DNA of 64,000 nt from Octopus bimaculoides (lineage: Eukaryota). This document shows, piece after piece, positions 62,551 through 64,000 of the stretch. Within the stretch, counting starts at the first letter, position 1; each line of letters starts with the position of its first letter. The position numbers were made by a program, and so were the translations under genes. Location of the stretch: assembly GCF_001194135.2 (NCBI RefSeq), contig NC_069002.1:4874065-4938064 (forward strand), given 5' to 3'. The notes beneath the pieces were generated by a model. That model was given only the letters and a program-made list of their open reading frames with translations, did not search any database and was not told the DNA's origin.

Positions 62551-63779
62551 TATTTCTCCACGTGCGGTTAACACAACCCCACTATTTACTGACTTATATA
62601 TATATATATATACATACATACATACATACATACATCATTGCTGTTATGCAAAATGTTGCTTTTTCAGAAAAAAATAGTTTCACCATTCCATAGCAAAACC
62701 GTTGTACTACACTTTGACAATTTTTGATATCTTAGCATCTGAAGCAGCTGGAGATATGATAGCTTGACCAAAAGATCCAGCTATTGCAAGCAAAGATAAA
62801 TATTGGAAAAAACACGTGACCAAATTTGGACATATAACAGTTTAACATAATAGTAACCATATCTATATATACCTGATTAATGACGGAGATGGGAGATACA
62901 TTTTTGCTGTATTGTGTATTTGTTTCTTTTGGCATCTGATTTTTATTGATCTTCTATAATAATGAAACTGTATCCTTTAATTTGCTCCTTTTGAATACAC
63001 ATACCAAGAAGAAAACTTGCAGAATAGATGTTATTTTAACAAGATACACCTTGTAATCACTCGAAGAGACACCTCTACACCAATAGACACGCCTAAACCA
63101 GTTGTTCAGTATCCCACCTGTGAGGTATCAATGCTAGATGGGTCGAAACAATTGTAGTGATCAATAATTCTTGTATCTTCCATCTTCTGTCCCTCTCGTT
63201 AATCAAATACCCAACAAACATTGTGAAAGGGAAGGTACTTTATTAGTAAACTACCAGATGTACACCATACTATTTATCTAATAATAATAATATATATACA
63301 CCCAGGGTATGACTTTAAACTGCATCTCATAGTTGGGCCTTGATACAGGAGTTTTGGTGTAGACACTAACATATAATGTATGTATATATANNNNNNNNNN
63401 NNNNNNNNNNNNNNNNNNNNNNNNNNNNNNNNNNNNNNNNNNNNNNNNNNNNNNNNNNNNNNNNNNNNNNNNNNNNNNNNNNNNNNNNNNNNNNNNNNNN
63501 NNNNNNNNNNNNNNNNNNNNNNNNNNNNNNNNNNNNNNNNNNNNNNNNNNNNNNNNNNNNNNNNNNNNNNNNNNNNNNNNNNNNNNNNNNNNNNNNNNNN
63601 NNNNNNNNNNNNNNNNNNNNNNNNNNNNNNNNNNNNNNNNNNNNNNNNNNNNNNNNNNNNNNNNNNNNNNNNNNNNNNNNNNNNNNNNNNNNNNNNNNNN
63701 NNNNNNNNNNNNNNNNNNNNNNNNNNNNNNNNNNNNNNNNNNNNNNNNNNNNACACACACACACACATATATACATATA

Positions 63780-63950
63780 CATATATACGACGGGCTTCTT
63801 TCAGTTTCCGTCTACCAAATCCACTCCCAAAGCTTTGGTCGGTCTGAGGCTATAGTAGAAGACACTTGCCCAAGGTGCCACGCAGTGGGACTGAACCCAG
63901 AACCATGTGGTTGGTAAGCAAGGTACGTACCACACAGCCATTCCTGTGCC
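63780..63950 (-). mobile_element. SINE family A head, reverse orientation (further heads at about 591-657, 1494-1610, 35125-35285, 38325-38430, 39030-39200, 51340-51420, 51590-51750 and 55440-55545)
   Basis: GACGGGCTTCTTTCAGTTTCCGTCTACCAAATCC...GGGACTGAACCCAGAACCATGTGGTTGG...CCACACAGCCA. Confidence 0.85.
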
Positions 63951-64000
63951 TGCTGTGTACAGATTTTATATATTAAGGAAAAGGAGTTAGTCAGGATTAG

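Noticed and set aside
59492-64000. B55 exon 4 (expected [29 protein letters not shown]-like)
   Set aside because: It was not found in the readable sequence. It lies beyond the window or, less likely, in a gap.

Overview
Eukaryotic, AT-rich, microsatellite-dense draft-genome window with eight N-gaps (687-989, 6021-6030, 14098-14860, 16787-17553, 30935-31799, 58188-58444, 62189-62381, 63391-63752). The repeat families look like those of an octopus genome; this is recognition from memory, not a database result. The one confidently identifiable gene is the 5' part of a PP2A regulatory subunit B55 gene (PPP2R2/twins) on the + strand. Three coding exons (18366-18372, 20125-20193, 59394-59491) splice to [58 protein letters not shown], across introns of 1,752 and 39,200 bp; the remaining exons lie beyond the window. 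A probable first coding exon of an unidentified divergent gene (MAEEQ|GTGAGT) lies on the - strand at 7176-7190. The rest is intergenic or intronic: several tRNA-derived SINE families, RTE LINE 3' ends, a decayed L1/Tx1-type LINE ORF2, piggyBac-, hAT- and Mutator-like MITEs (some with intact TSDs), minisatellites and several inverted repeats. Almost all ORFs in the supplied track are microsatellite, gap or repeat artefacts. No CRISPR array, rRNA or true tRNA gene is supported, and no clearly new biological system can be established from sequence alone. The best leads are candidate alternative N-terminal exons in the large intron, a uORF-hairpin in the B55 leader, inverted SINE pairs as possible A-to-I editing substrates, and perfect hairpins. 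Repeat boundaries are approximate unless TSDs are given.
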